Shown: piece after piece, positions 15,166-23,547 of the stretch
Position numbering within the stretch: the stretch's first letter is position 1
Layout: every line of letters begins with the position of its first letter
Source of the DNA: Oscillospiraceae bacterium
GTDB taxonomy: Bacteria > Bacillota > Clostridia > Oscillospirales > Oscillospiraceae
Direction of reading: 5' to 3'
Assembly: GCA_015068365.1 (NCBI GenBank)
Contig: SVKR01000035.1
Span: 1-49,734, forward strand
DNA: 49,734 nucleotides
Made by a program: the position numbers and the translations under genes
Notes under the pieces: model-generated
Told to the model about the DNA's origin: nothing
What the model saw: the letters and a program-made list of their open reading frames with translations, nothing else
The model's database searches: none

Positions 15166-17592
15166 ATGGAGCTTTTCGCATACGAAAAAGAGCATTTATC
15201 CGCCCTGCGTCCCCGCCTGGCAGAATGCGCGCTCTTCCTGCGGCGCAGCGGGGACTTCCCGCTGTCTGCGCCGGGGGAGATCGCCCTTTACGGCGCCGGG
15301 GTGCGCCACACCCTGCTGGGCGGCACCGGCTCCGGCGAGGTGAACGTCCGCTGCGCCGCGAGCGTGGAGGAGGCCTTCCGCGCCGCGGGCTTCACCGTCA
15401 CCACCGCCGACTGGCTGGACGGCTATGACCGCATCCTGGCCGCGGCAAAAAAGCGCTATTTTGCCCGGGTGCGGCGCGAAGCGCTGACGGGCGGCATGGC
15501 AGCCGTCTTCGGCGCCATGGGCCGGGTGATGCCGGAGCCGGACTACGAGCTGCCCCTCGGCTTCGGGGAGACGGCGGTCTACGTCCTCAGCCGCATCTCC
15601 GGCGAGGGCAGCGACCGCGCCGCCGTGAAGGGCGACATCTACCTGTCCGACACGGAACGGCGCGATATTCTGGCGCTGCGGCGCGCTTACCGGCGCTTTC
15701 TGCTGGTGCTGAACGTGGGCGGGCCGGTGGATCTGAGCGGGCTGGAGGCCGTGACGGACATTCTGCTGCTGGGCCAGCTCGGCACCGAGACCGCCGGGGC
15801 GCTGGCGGACATCGTGCTGGGCCGGGCCAATCCCTCCGGAAAGCTGGCCGCCACCTGGTGCGCCTGGGCCGACCGCTGCACGCTGGGCGATTTCGGCGAA
15901 GAAGAGGAGACGCGCTACCGCGAGGGCATCTACGTCGGCTACCGCTGGTTCGACACGGTGGGCAAGGCGCCCATGTTCCCCTTCGGCTTCGGCCTTTCCT
16001 ACTGCGATTTTGCCGTGGAAGCGCCCGAAATGAGCGTGACGGGGCGGCGGGTGCGCGTGCGCGCAGGGCTGCGCAATCTGGGCGCGCTGCCCGGACGGGA
16101 GACGCTGCAGGTCTATGTCTCCGTCCCCGCCGGGGCGCTGGACCAGCCCTGGCAGACCCTGGCCGCCTTCCGGAAAAGCGGCGGGATCGCCCCCGGCGAA
16201 GCGGGGGACGCGGAATGTGAATTTGACCTTGCCGACCTGGCATGCTATGACCCGGCAAAGCAGGCCTGGGTGCTGGAGCGCGGGGACTACGGCGTGCGGG
16301 CCGGGATCAGCTCCCGCGACACGGCGCTCATCGGCGTCGTCACCCTGGCGGAGACCGTGGTGCTGCGCCGCTGCGAACCCCTGTTCGGCGACCCCGGCTT
16401 TGCCGACTGGCAGCCGGAAGCGCGCCCGGCGGAGTACCCGGCGCACCTGCCGCGCTTCGCCGTCGCATCGGCGCAGTTCCCGCCCGCGGAGACGGCGGAG
16501 AACCCCGAGCGCTTCCCGGTGGAGCCGGAGTGCGCCGCGGCCTCGGACGAGGCATTGGCGCGCGTCTGCGTCGGCATGCACAGCGACGCCGGCGGCCTGG
16601 ACAGCATCATCGGCAACGCCGGCTTCACCGTGGCCGGCGCGGCGGGGGAGACCGTGCCCGCCCCGTGCGCAGTGCCCGTGCCCGGCCTTGCCATGGCCGA
16701 CGGCCCCGCGGGGCTGCGCCTGAGCCGGAAGTATTACCGGGACGCCGCCGGCGCCCACGCCATCAGCGACACCATCCCCGCCAGCATGGCGAAGATGCTG
16801 CCCGCGCCCGTGCGCTGGCTCCTGGCGCTGAAGGCCGGGCGGCCGGGGGAGAACGCTGTGCACTGTCAGTACTGCACGGCCATCCCCATCGGCACGGCCA
16901 TCGCCCAGTCCTGGGACAGGGACTTCGCGCGGCTCTGCGGCGACATCGTGGGGCACGAGATGGAGCGCTTCGGCGTGCGCATCTGGCTGGCCCCGGCCAT
17001 GAACATCCAGCGCGACATGCGCTGCGGGCGGAACTTTGAGTACTATTCCGAAGACCCGCTTCTGTGCGGCGCCATGGCCGCCGCCGTCACCGCCGGGGTG
17101 CAGTCCCATCCCGGGTGCGCGGCCACGGTGAAGCACTTTGCCGCCAACAACCAGGAGCGCAACCGCACGAACAACAACTCCCGCGTGTCCGAGCGGGCGC
17201 TGCGGGAGATCTATCTGCGCGCGTTCGGCATCTGCATCCGCGACGCGCAGCCAAAGTGCCTGATGACCAGCTATAACCTCATCAACGGCACCCACACCTC
17301 CTCGCACTATGGCCTGGTGACGCGCGCGCTGCGGGGCGAATTCGGCTTCCGCGGCGTGGTGATGAGCGACTGGATCATGCCGCCGCTCTATACCAGCAAG
17401 ACCTATCCCGGCCCCACGGCGGCCGAGAACGTGGCCGCCGGCGGCGATCTGTTCATGCCCGGCCGGGCGGAGGACGTGCGGAGCATCCTGGACGCGCTGG
17501 CCGCCGGAGGGCTCTCCCGCACCGCGCTGGAGGAGAGCGCCAGCCGCGTGCTGCGCCTGAGCCGGGAGCTGCACGCGCCCGCCGGGCGGTGA
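15166..17592 (+). CDS. Glycoside hydrolase family 3 (beta-glucosidase-like) with permuted domain order
   Basis: ATG at 15166 after AAAGGAG. GH3 C-terminal-type motifs come first (LGGTGSGEV, NVGGPVDLS, PSGKLAATW, YREGIYVGYRWFD). These are followed by an Fn3-like segment, then the catalytic barrel (KHFAANNQE, GFRGVVMSDW) at the C-terminus. No signal peptide. Confidence 0.85.
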   Translation: MELFAYEKEHLSALRPRLAECALFLRRSGDFPLSAPGEIALYGAGVRHTLLGGTGSGEVNVRCAASVEEAFRAAGFTVTTADWLDGYDRILAAAKKRYFARVRREALTGGMAAVFGAMGRVMPEPDYELPLGFGETAVYVLSRISGEGSDRAAVKGDIYLSDTERRDILALRRAYRRFLLVLNVGGPVDLSGLEAVTDILLLGQLGTETAGALADIVLGRANPSGKLAATWCAWADRCTLGDFGEEEETRYREGIYVGYRWFDTVGKAPMFPFGFGLSYCDFAVEAPEMSVTGRRVRVRAGLRNLGALPGRETLQVYVSVPAGALDQPWQTLAAFRKSGGIAPGEAGDAECEFDLADLACYDPAKQAWVLERGDYGVRAGISSRDTALIGVVTLAETVVLRRCEPLFGDPGFADWQPEARPAEYPAHLPRFAVASAQFPPAETAENPERFPVEPECAAASDEALARVCVGMHSDAGGLDSIIGNAGFTVAGAAGETVPAPCAVPVPGLAMADGPAGLRLSRKYYRDAAGAHAISDTIPASMAKMLPAPVRWLLALKAGRPGENAVHCQYCTAIPIGTAIAQSWDRDFARLCGDIVGHEMERFGVRIWLAPAMNIQRDMRCGRNFEYYSEDPLLCGAMAAAVTAGVQSHPGCAATVKHFAANNQERNRTNNNSRVSERALREIYLRAFGICIRDAQPKCLMTSYNLINGTHTSSHYGLVTRALRGEFGFRGVVMSDWIMPPLYTSKTYPGPTAAENVAAGGDLFMPGRAEDVRSILDALAAGGLSRTALEESASRVLRLSRELHAPAGR

Positions 17593-17661
17593 TGCAGGAA
17601 ACGCATCCGGTAAAAACTGCGGCGTAAAAATTATGCATACCGATGAATCTGATTCTTACGG

Positions 17662-17690
17662 TTGCAAGCGGCAGAGAATAATGTTAAACT
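17662..17690 (+). promoter_or_regulatory. Sigma-A-like promoter upstream of the ferredoxin/flavoprotein pair
   Basis: TTGCAA, 17 nt, TAAACT, with extended -10 TGt. It leaves a ~110-nt GC-rich leader. Confidence 0.5.
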
Positions 17691-17809
17691 GGTAACATCC
17701 CCAAAATATGGCTTACCCCAGGAGGGCGGCGCGCCGCTGACCTATGTCCCCGCCGCGCCGTGCCGACAGGATATTTCCCCCGCGAGAATACTGAAGGAGG
17801 TAGATACCC

Positions 17810-18055
17810 TTGATCAACACAAAGCACCGCATTGACTTTGACCCCGAAAAATGCGTGGGCTGCCAAATCTGCTACAAGTCCTGTTTCGTGGATGTCATCC
17901 GCTGGGACGCAGAGGCGAAAAAGCCCGTCTTCAAGTATGTGGAGGACTGCGAACACTGCTTCCTGTGCATGGCACTGTGCAAAAAAGAGGCCATCACCGT
18001 TGTCCCCAACTATGCCAGCGAGCACATGCTCCAGAACTTTGAGAAGTACAGGTGA
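17810..18055 (+). CDS. 2x[4Fe-4S] ferredoxin
   Basis: CVGCQICYKSC and CEHCFLCMALC cluster motifs. TTG start after GAAGGAGG. Confidence 0.8.
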   Translation: MINTKHRIDFDPEKCVGCQICYKSCFVDVIRWDAEAKKPVFKYVEDCEHCFLCMALCKKEAITVVPNYASEHMLQNFEKYR

Positions 18056-18066
18056 GGTGAGACGCT

Positions 18067-20526
18067 ATGACGAACTATAATCAGGCATCCTGTGACATTC
18101 TGATCCTCGGCGGCGGCATCGGCGGACTTTCCTGCGCCGTCTCCATCAAAGAGCGCAACCCCGACGCCGACGTGCTGGTGGTGGAAAAGAACTTTGCCGG
18201 TTACGCCGGCAAGGCCAACCGCGGCGGCGGCGTGCTGCAGTACTTCCCGGACCGCGTGGATCCCTGGGGCTTTGCCGTGTTCCACGCCAAGAACATCGGC
18301 GCGGACTTCACCGATCAGCCCCTCATGGCCCGCTATGTCTCCCAGAACAGCGCCATGATGGACAAGCTGGACGAGTGGGGCGTGAACATCCCCCGCAACC
18401 CGGACGGCAGCCTGAACGTCATGCCCACCGGCCCGATGACCGCCATGATCTGCGTGGACCTGGACATCACCGTCAAGGTGCGCCGCACGGCGGAGAAGAA
18501 GGGCGTCCGCTTCATGGACAAGACCGTCATGGCCGACCTGCTGGGTGATGAGAAAGGCGTCAAGGGCGCCGTGGTCTTCTCCGTGCTGGACGGCACCGTG
18601 ACCGCCATCAGCGCCAAGAAGGTCGTCCTCGCCACCGGCAGCCAGGACTATCGCGTGGGCTCCATGTGGGGCTCCGCCCGCGGCGACGGCATTCTGGCCG
18701 CCTACAAGCTGGGCGCGGAGATGCGCAACACCGAGTTCGGCAACTTCACCCAGATCGCCCGCTACCGCAGCCACAACGAGGTCGTGTTCGGCGAGAACTA
18801 TATGTACAACGCCAAGGGCGAGTTCATCACCGCCAACTTCCGCATCGGGCCGCGGGAGACGGACATCTCCTCCCGCACCATCCGCGAGTGGTACCTCCAG
18901 ATGATGGCCGGCAACGGCCCGATCCATCTGGATTACGGCGATGAGCGCGGCGACGGCGAGGACTCCATGGAGCGTATGTGGGCCCGCCCCTACGGCAAGA
19001 AGTTCCGCCAGCTCAATGACGAAACCGCCAAGAGCGTTGACACCGACCTGGAGGTCGCGCCGCTGTTCATCGGCGAGCAGAGCCCCATCAAGGTCGACCA
19101 CGATATGAAGACCACCGTCCCCGGCCTGTACGCCATCGGCGACTGCTCTTACTGCGGCTCCGGCCTGGCCGGCGCCGTGCCGGCACCTCCGGGCCGCAAC
19201 CGCGGCAGCGGCATCCTGAACGCCGTGTTCTCCGCCATTGAGGCCGCCAACGACCTGGGCAAGGCTGACCTGAGCGGCGCGCTGCCCGAGCTGAGCGAGC
19301 AGCAGATCGACGCTGCCGCCAAGCGCATCACCGGCTATATGGACCGCGCCGAGGGCGTGAAGCCCGAGGCCGTGGTGGAGCTGGTGCAGAAGGCCATGTG
19401 CCCGGTGGAGCAGTCCGTCTACATGAAGGCCGACCGCATGGAAAAGGCCATGGGCTTCGTCAAGGAGGCCAAGGCCCTGCTGCCCAGGATGGCCGCCAGG
19501 GACCTGCACGAGGCCATGAAGTGCCTGGAGGCCGAGGCCATGGTGCTGTCCGCCGAGATGCACTATCGCGCCAGCGAGATGCGCAAGGAGTCCCGCGGCT
19601 GGTTCCTGCGGGAGGATTATCCCGAGCAGGACAACGTCAACTGGCACAAGTACATCATCGTGAAGCGCGGTGCTGACGGCGAGATGACCCTGCACACCGA
19701 GCCCGTGGACACCACCGGCTGGATCTACACGCCGGAGCATCTGGTGGCCATCAGTGACGAGGTGAAGAACGGGCCGCTCTATAAGTATTATCAGATGCCC
19801 ATGACCCCGCCGGACCCGGCCCGCTATGCCGTGATGGCCGCCCCGGTGGACCCGGCGAAGATGATCACCCCCTTTGAGATGAACCGCCTGTTTGACCCGG
19901 GCTATCTGGACTGCGAGTGCGGCTATGCCCAGCTGCCCGACGGCGGCGCCATGCTGGCCAACCTGACCGACATGCCCAACGTCACGCCGGAGATGTTCGA
20001 CTTCTGGTTTGCCTGGCACGTCCTGGCCGACGGCCGCTATACCATCTGGAACCGCGAGGACCATTACAGCGCCGTCAGCGATTCCATCGAGAAGGGCAAC
20101 AACAAGGCCCTGTCCATGAAGGAGCGCTATTGGGACACCACCCACGCCGTGTTCGAGGACTGCGGCCTTGGGCCGGAGCGCATCGTCATCAACTTCCGCA
20201 ACCCCGCCGACATCGGCTTTGACCCGGAGAAGCTGAAGGACTTCAAGGGCACCATCGTCTGCTCCGGCAACGAGGAGAGCCCCTGCATCATGTGCCACTT
20301 CCTCCGCCCGAAGGCCGACGGCAAGGGCTATGAGCTGCGCTCCCGCTTCTGGTTCGGCTACCACATCGTCAACGGCAAGCCCGAGTGCCACCCGATGCTG
20401 CACGCCGGCCCGTTCCCGCTGATGCCCGTGATGGCCCTGCTGGCCCACAACATCAAGGAGTTCACCAACCTCGCCGACAAGCTGCCGCAGATCTATGCGG
20501 AGTTCCACGAGGACTTCGAGAAGTAA
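18067..20526 (+). CDS. Fusion: FAD-dependent oxidoreductase (fumarate reductase/AprA-like flavoprotein) + C-terminal DAPG/phloretin hydrolase (PhlG)-like domain
   Basis: N-terminal ILILGGGIGGLSCA dinucleotide fold and AIGDCS motif. From about nt 19790, NRLFDPGYLDCECGYAQLPDGGAMLANLTDMPNVTPEMFDFWFAWH and LLAHNIKEF (H-x3-E) match my recollection of PhlG-family C-C hydrolases. Confidence 0.75.
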   Translation: MTNYNQASCDILILGGGIGGLSCAVSIKERNPDADVLVVEKNFAGYAGKANRGGGVLQYFPDRVDPWGFAVFHAKNIGADFTDQPLMARYVSQNSAMMDKLDEWGVNIPRNPDGSLNVMPTGPMTAMICVDLDITVKVRRTAEKKGVRFMDKTVMADLLGDEKGVKGAVVFSVLDGTVTAISAKKVVLATGSQDYRVGSMWGSARGDGILAAYKLGAEMRNTEFGNFTQIARYRSHNEVVFGENYMYNAKGEFITANFRIGPRETDISSRTIREWYLQMMAGNGPIHLDYGDERGDGEDSMERMWARPYGKKFRQLNDETAKSVDTDLEVAPLFIGEQSPIKVDHDMKTTVPGLYAIGDCSYCGSGLAGAVPAPPGRNRGSGILNAVFSAIEAANDLGKADLSGALPELSEQQIDAAAKRITGYMDRAEGVKPEAVVELVQKAMCPVEQSVYMKADRMEKAMGFVKEAKALLPRMAARDLHEAMKCLEAEAMVLSAEMHYRASEMRKESRGWFLREDYPEQDNVNWHKYIIVKRGADGEMTLHTEPVDTTGWIYTPEHLVAISDEVKNGPLYKYYQMPMTPPDPARYAVMAAPVDPAKMITPFEMNRLFDPGYLDCECGYAQLPDGGAMLANLTDMPNVTPEMFDFWFAWHVLADGRYTIWNREDHYSAVSDSIEKGNNKALSMKERYWDTTHAVFEDCGLGPERIVINFRNPADIGFDPEKLKDFKGTIVCSGNEESPCIMCHFLRPKADGKGYELRSRFWFGYHIVNGKPECHPMLHAGPFPLMPVMALLAHNIKEFTNLADKLPQIYAEFHEDFEK

Positions 20527-20537
20527 GAGTTCCCACG

Positions 20538-20569
20538 AAAAACACCCCGGTTCGTGCCGGGGTGTTTTT
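20538..20569 (+). terminator. Intrinsic terminator
   Basis: AAAAACACCCCGG / CCGGGGTGTTTTT hairpin with a T-run. Confidence 0.8.
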
Positions 20570-20571
20570 CC

Positions 20572-20600
20572 TTGCCTTTTACAGAAGAGAGGGCTATAAT
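20572..20600 (+). promoter_or_regulatory. Sigma-A-like promoter for the GGDEF gene
   Basis: TTGCCT, 17 nt, TATAAT. Confidence 0.6.
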
Positions 20601-20620
20601 ATATAGTTAATGACTATGGT

Positions 20621-21520
20621 ATGAAGGAAGCGAGCACCTTGGCAAGCGAAGAGAAAATAGATGTGAAACTGCCGATGCGCCCGGCGCTGCCCGTTTGGGC
20701 CGATCTGCTGATCACGGCGGCGTGCATGGGGCTTCTGATCTTCATTGTCTATCAGTTCAAGATCCCCAACCCCAACATGATCCTGATCGCCGGACTGGTG
20801 ATCTGCTCGTCGCTGATGGGCTATCCCGGCGGCATCCTGGCCGGGCTCATCATGCTGGGCTACACCCTTTATTTCTTCTCTGAGGGCAACGACTTTGTCA
20901 CCTTCGGCCCCCAGAACACCCGGAAGGTCATCGTCTCCCTGGTCGGCATCGTGGTGGACCTCATCTTCGTCTGCGAGCTGAAGCGCCGCCGGGACGCGGC
21001 CTTTCGGGAGATCCGCGCGCTGACCGAGGCGCTGAGCGAGGACAACCGCCGGCTGCAGGAGGCCTCCGAGGTGGACGGGCTGACAAAGATCCACAACCGC
21101 CTGGCCCTGCGCCTGCGCTATCCCGGCTATAAGGACAAGGATGTCCACGTGATGATGCTGGACATCGACGATTTCAAGCAGATCAACGACCTGCACGGCC
21201 ACGGCACCGGCGACCGCGCCCTGGCGGAGACCGGCAGGCTTCTGGCGGAGACCTTCGGCCGCAGCCACTGCTACCGCTACGGCGGGGATGAGTTTCTGGT
21301 GATCGCGCCGGGGCTTTCCGACGCGGAGTTTGAGGACAAGCTCCGGAGCGTCACCGCCGAGCCGCTGGAGCTGCCGGTCAAGGACGGGAAGATCGACATC
21401 GTCTATTCCTACGGCTATGTCCAAGGGAAGGCGGACGCCGGCTGCCCCCTGCGGGATATGATCAGCCAGGCGGACGAGCGCATGTACGCCCACAAGCACG
21501 AAAAGGGCACCGGACGCTGA
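20621..21520 (+). CDS. Membrane-anchored diguanylate cyclase (GGDEF)
   Basis: Three to four N-terminal TM segments, a coiled linker, DIDDFKQINDLHGH and YRYGGDEFLV. The start is uncertain (weak RBS at 20621). Confidence 0.85.
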   Translation: MKEASTLASEEKIDVKLPMRPALPVWADLLITAACMGLLIFIVYQFKIPNPNMILIAGLVICSSLMGYPGGILAGLIMLGYTLYFFSEGNDFVTFGPQNTRKVIVSLVGIVVDLIFVCELKRRRDAAFREIRALTEALSEDNRRLQEASEVDGLTKIHNRLALRLRYPGYKDKDVHVMMLDIDDFKQINDLHGHGTGDRALAETGRLLAETFGRSHCYRYGGDEFLVIAPGLSDAEFEDKLRSVTAEPLELPVKDGKIDIVYSYGYVQGKADAGCPLRDMISQADERMYAHKHEKGTGR

Positions 21521-21530
21521 GAGGAAAAAA

Positions 21531-21563
21531 CTGCTGCACCCCGTTGGGGTGCAGCAGTTTTTT
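21531..21563. terminator. Bidirectional intrinsic terminator
   Basis: AAAAAACTGCTGCACCCC / GGGGTGCAGCAGTTTTTT between convergent genes. Confidence 0.8.
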
Positions 21564-21580
21564 CCTTGTGTGCGTCCGTG

Positions 21581-21922
21581 TCAGTCCTTGTGGAAGCTGT
21601 CCTTGATCTCGTCCACGACGGCGCTGCCCAGGTCAACGGCCTTCTGGCCCACGTCGCGGCTGAACAGCTCGGTGACGGTGCCGTCGGTCTTCTCCAGCTC
21701 GATGCGGCAGTCGAAGCCCAGCGTGGCGACCGCCGTGGCGATCAGCGCCCAGGGGGCGGCGGTCAGGCCCAGGACGGTGCCCACGATGCCCACGTTCAGC
21801 GGGATGTTCAGCACCGTGTCCTCCCCGCGCTTGACGAGGATGCGGGCGACGTTGCCCTTCTTTACCAGTTCCTTGATCTGCTCGACGATCTCGTCGGCCC
21901 GCTGTTTGTTTTCGTTGTCCAT
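21581..21922 (-). CDS. DUF4342 domain protein
   Basis: I chose the ATG at 21922, 9 nt after AAGGAGG. ELVKKGNVARILVKRGEDTVLNIPLNVGIVG is typical of DUF4342. Confidence 0.7.
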   Translation of the reverse strand: MDNENKQRADEIVEQIKELVKKGNVARILVKRGEDTVLNIPLNVGIVGTVLGLTAAPWALIATAVATLGFDCRIELEKTDGTVTELFSRDVGQKAVDLGSAVVDEIKDSFHKD

Positions 21923-21959
21923 GGCATGAAACCTCCTTATGAATATCAAAACGGGTTTT

Positions 21960-22745
21960 TTACGCCTGCTTTTTGCGCTTGCCCGCCCCGAATCGCTCCG
22001 CCAGGGCAAAGCCGGCGGTGATAACGCCGGCATAAACGCCCAGAATCACGATGCTGGGCAGCAGGAAGAGGAAGGGGACGGGGATCCAGCTGTGGAACAG
22101 CTCCAGCAAAGGGTTGCCCTCCGTCTCCACAGCGAAGAAATAGTTGGCCTTGGGGTGCAGCGCGCTGACGCGCAGGAGCATGTCGATGCAGAAAATGGCA
22201 AAGGCGATGACGAAAAGCGCCAGCATGGTCAGCGGCAGGTCGCGGAAGCGGGGGCGGTAAAGCCCGAAGGCGGCGATGGCCAGCGCCTCGATCATGACCA
22301 TGAAGTGAGTGCCGTAATAGCCCAGCATCCGGGGGAGGAAGATGGAATAGCCGTTGAAGCCGGTGCCCGGCATCACCAGGGCCATCAGCGCCCCCAGGGG
22401 ACCCACAAAGAAGCAGAAGCTGAGCAGGGGGCGATAGCGCTTCAGCACCGCCACGGGGATGAGCAGCATATTGATGTTGCAAAGCTGCAGCGGCAACTCG
22501 CCCCACCAGTTGAAGCCGCCCATCGACGCCGTCAGCTCGTTGAGCTCAGCGTCGATGGAGAGGAAGTATTTATACGCGATGAAGCCCAGAAGCGTCAGCC
22601 AGCAGGCGGCGGAGATCACCAGGGCCTTCGTGCGCTCGCTGCGTCCGCGCAGGAGCGCTGCCGCCGCGATCAGAATCAGCAGAAACAGAGCCAGCAGCAG
22701 AAAAAATACCGGAGAAAAGGGACGCATGATCCAGAAATCCGACAT
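21960..22745 (-). CDS. YwaF/TIGR02206-family integral membrane protein
   Basis: I chose the ATG at 22745 (MSDFWIM). Seven TM segments and an LPLQLCNI hallmark. Confidence 0.6.
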   Translation of the reverse strand: MSDFWIMRPFSPVFFLLLALFLLILIAAAALLRGRSERTKALVISAACWLTLLGFIAYKYFLSIDAELNELTASMGGFNWWGELPLQLCNINMLLIPVAVLKRYRPLLSFCFFVGPLGALMALVMPGTGFNGYSIFLPRMLGYYGTHFMVMIEALAIAAFGLYRPRFRDLPLTMLALFVIAFAIFCIDMLLRVSALHPKANYFFAVETEGNPLLELFHSWIPVPFLFLLPSIVILGVYAGVITAGFALAERFGAGKRKKQA

Positions 22746-22755
22746 TTTGCTTATT

Positions 22756-23424
22756 TTACTCCTTTCGGAAGTGCCCCTCCAGGGCGTTCCCGACGCGCTC
22801 CAGGCGCCCGATGCGGGCGATCTGGAGGCACAGCTCGCCCATAAGAAGCCCTGCCGGCACATCGATGAAGGTGTGCTGCTTCACGAAAAGGACGCTGCAG
22901 CACACCAGCAGGCAGAAAATCAGACTGAAGGCCTTGTACCAGCGGGGGATGCGCCGGGCAGCCAGTGCGCCGCGGGCGCAGAAATAGGAGATCAGCACAT
23001 GCAGCGAGGGGCAGAGGTTGGTGGGGGAGTCCAGGCGGTAAACCAGGCGTAGCATCCAGGCGAAAAGCCCGCTGCCGCGCACTTCCGGGCGGGCCATGGT
23101 GCCCGGCCAGAGGAGGAAGACTGCGCCGGACAGCGCCATCGCCAGCACATAGGCCGCGCCGACGCGGTAGGCAAGCGGCTTTCCGTCCGAGAGGATCCAG
23201 AGCGCGCTGACGATCCAGAAGGGGTAGGACAGGCAGTAGACCGACACCCAGGGGACGGACAGGGGGATGCGCGCGTCGATCGGCCCGGTCAGCACATGGC
23301 TGGGCAGAAAGGGCAGCAGCGCCCGCGTGCCCCAATAGGCCAGGATCTGGGCCGCGAGCATGAAGGACAGTGTGACGAAAACATAGGGCTGCAGACGCCT
23401 GGGGCGCGCAAGGCGATGGGGCAT
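22756..23424 (-). CDS. PAP2-superfamily membrane phosphatase/phosphotransferase (sphingomyelin-synthase-like subgroup)
   Basis: I chose the ATG at 23424 after GGAGGA. PSLH and KQHTFIDV (H-x3-D) motifs in a polytopic protein. Confidence 0.6.
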   Translation of the reverse strand: MPHRLARPRRLQPYVFVTLSFMLAAQILAYWGTRALLPFLPSHVLTGPIDARIPLSVPWVSVYCLSYPFWIVSALWILSDGKPLAYRVGAAYVLAMALSGAVFLLWPGTMARPEVRGSGLFAWMLRLVYRLDSPTNLCPSLHVLISYFCARGALAARRIPRWYKAFSLIFCLLVCCSVLFVKQHTFIDVPAGLLMGELCLQIARIGRLERVGNALEGHFRKE

Positions 23425-23464
23425 GGTGAATCCTCCGACAGGTACAGTGCAACAGACTTTGTTC

Positions 23465-23493
23465 AGTATAGCAGATTCCCTTCCAATATACAA
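23465..23493 (-). promoter_or_regulatory. Sigma-A-like promoter for the PAP2-YwaF-DUF4342 operon
   Basis: On the minus strand: TTGTAT, 17 nt, TATACT, with extended -10 TGc. Confidence 0.55.
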
Positions 23494-23510
23494 GTGCTGG
23501 AAATCAGAAC

Positions 23511-23540
23511 AGCGCCGCCCTCTCATGTGAGGGCGGCGCT
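23511..23540 (-). terminator. Hairpin terminator after the SpoIIE-type phosphatase gene
   Basis: AGCGCCGCCCTC / GAGGGCGGCGCT stem. The downstream T tract is only moderate. Confidence 0.5.
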
Positions 23541-23547
23541 GCTTCGC

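Noticed and set aside
13988-15343. 451-aa alternate-frame ORF overlapping the ClC gene and the GH3 start
   Set aside because: The translation is Arg/Gly/Ala/Pro-rich with no motifs, whereas the ClC frame carries the GREG and GYKGGE filter motifs.
15196-17574. 792-aa antisense ORF opposite the GH3 gene, plus many 60-220-aa Arg/Pro-rich ORFs in this region
   Set aside because: Same high-GC artefact. The GH3 motifs are on the + strand.
18010-20508. 832-aa antisense ORF opposite the FAD-PhlG fusion gene
   Set aside because: It has no RBS and its composition is biased (Ala/Gly/Val/His/Asp, as in mirror-frame translations). The sense strand has unambiguous FAD and hydrolase motifs.
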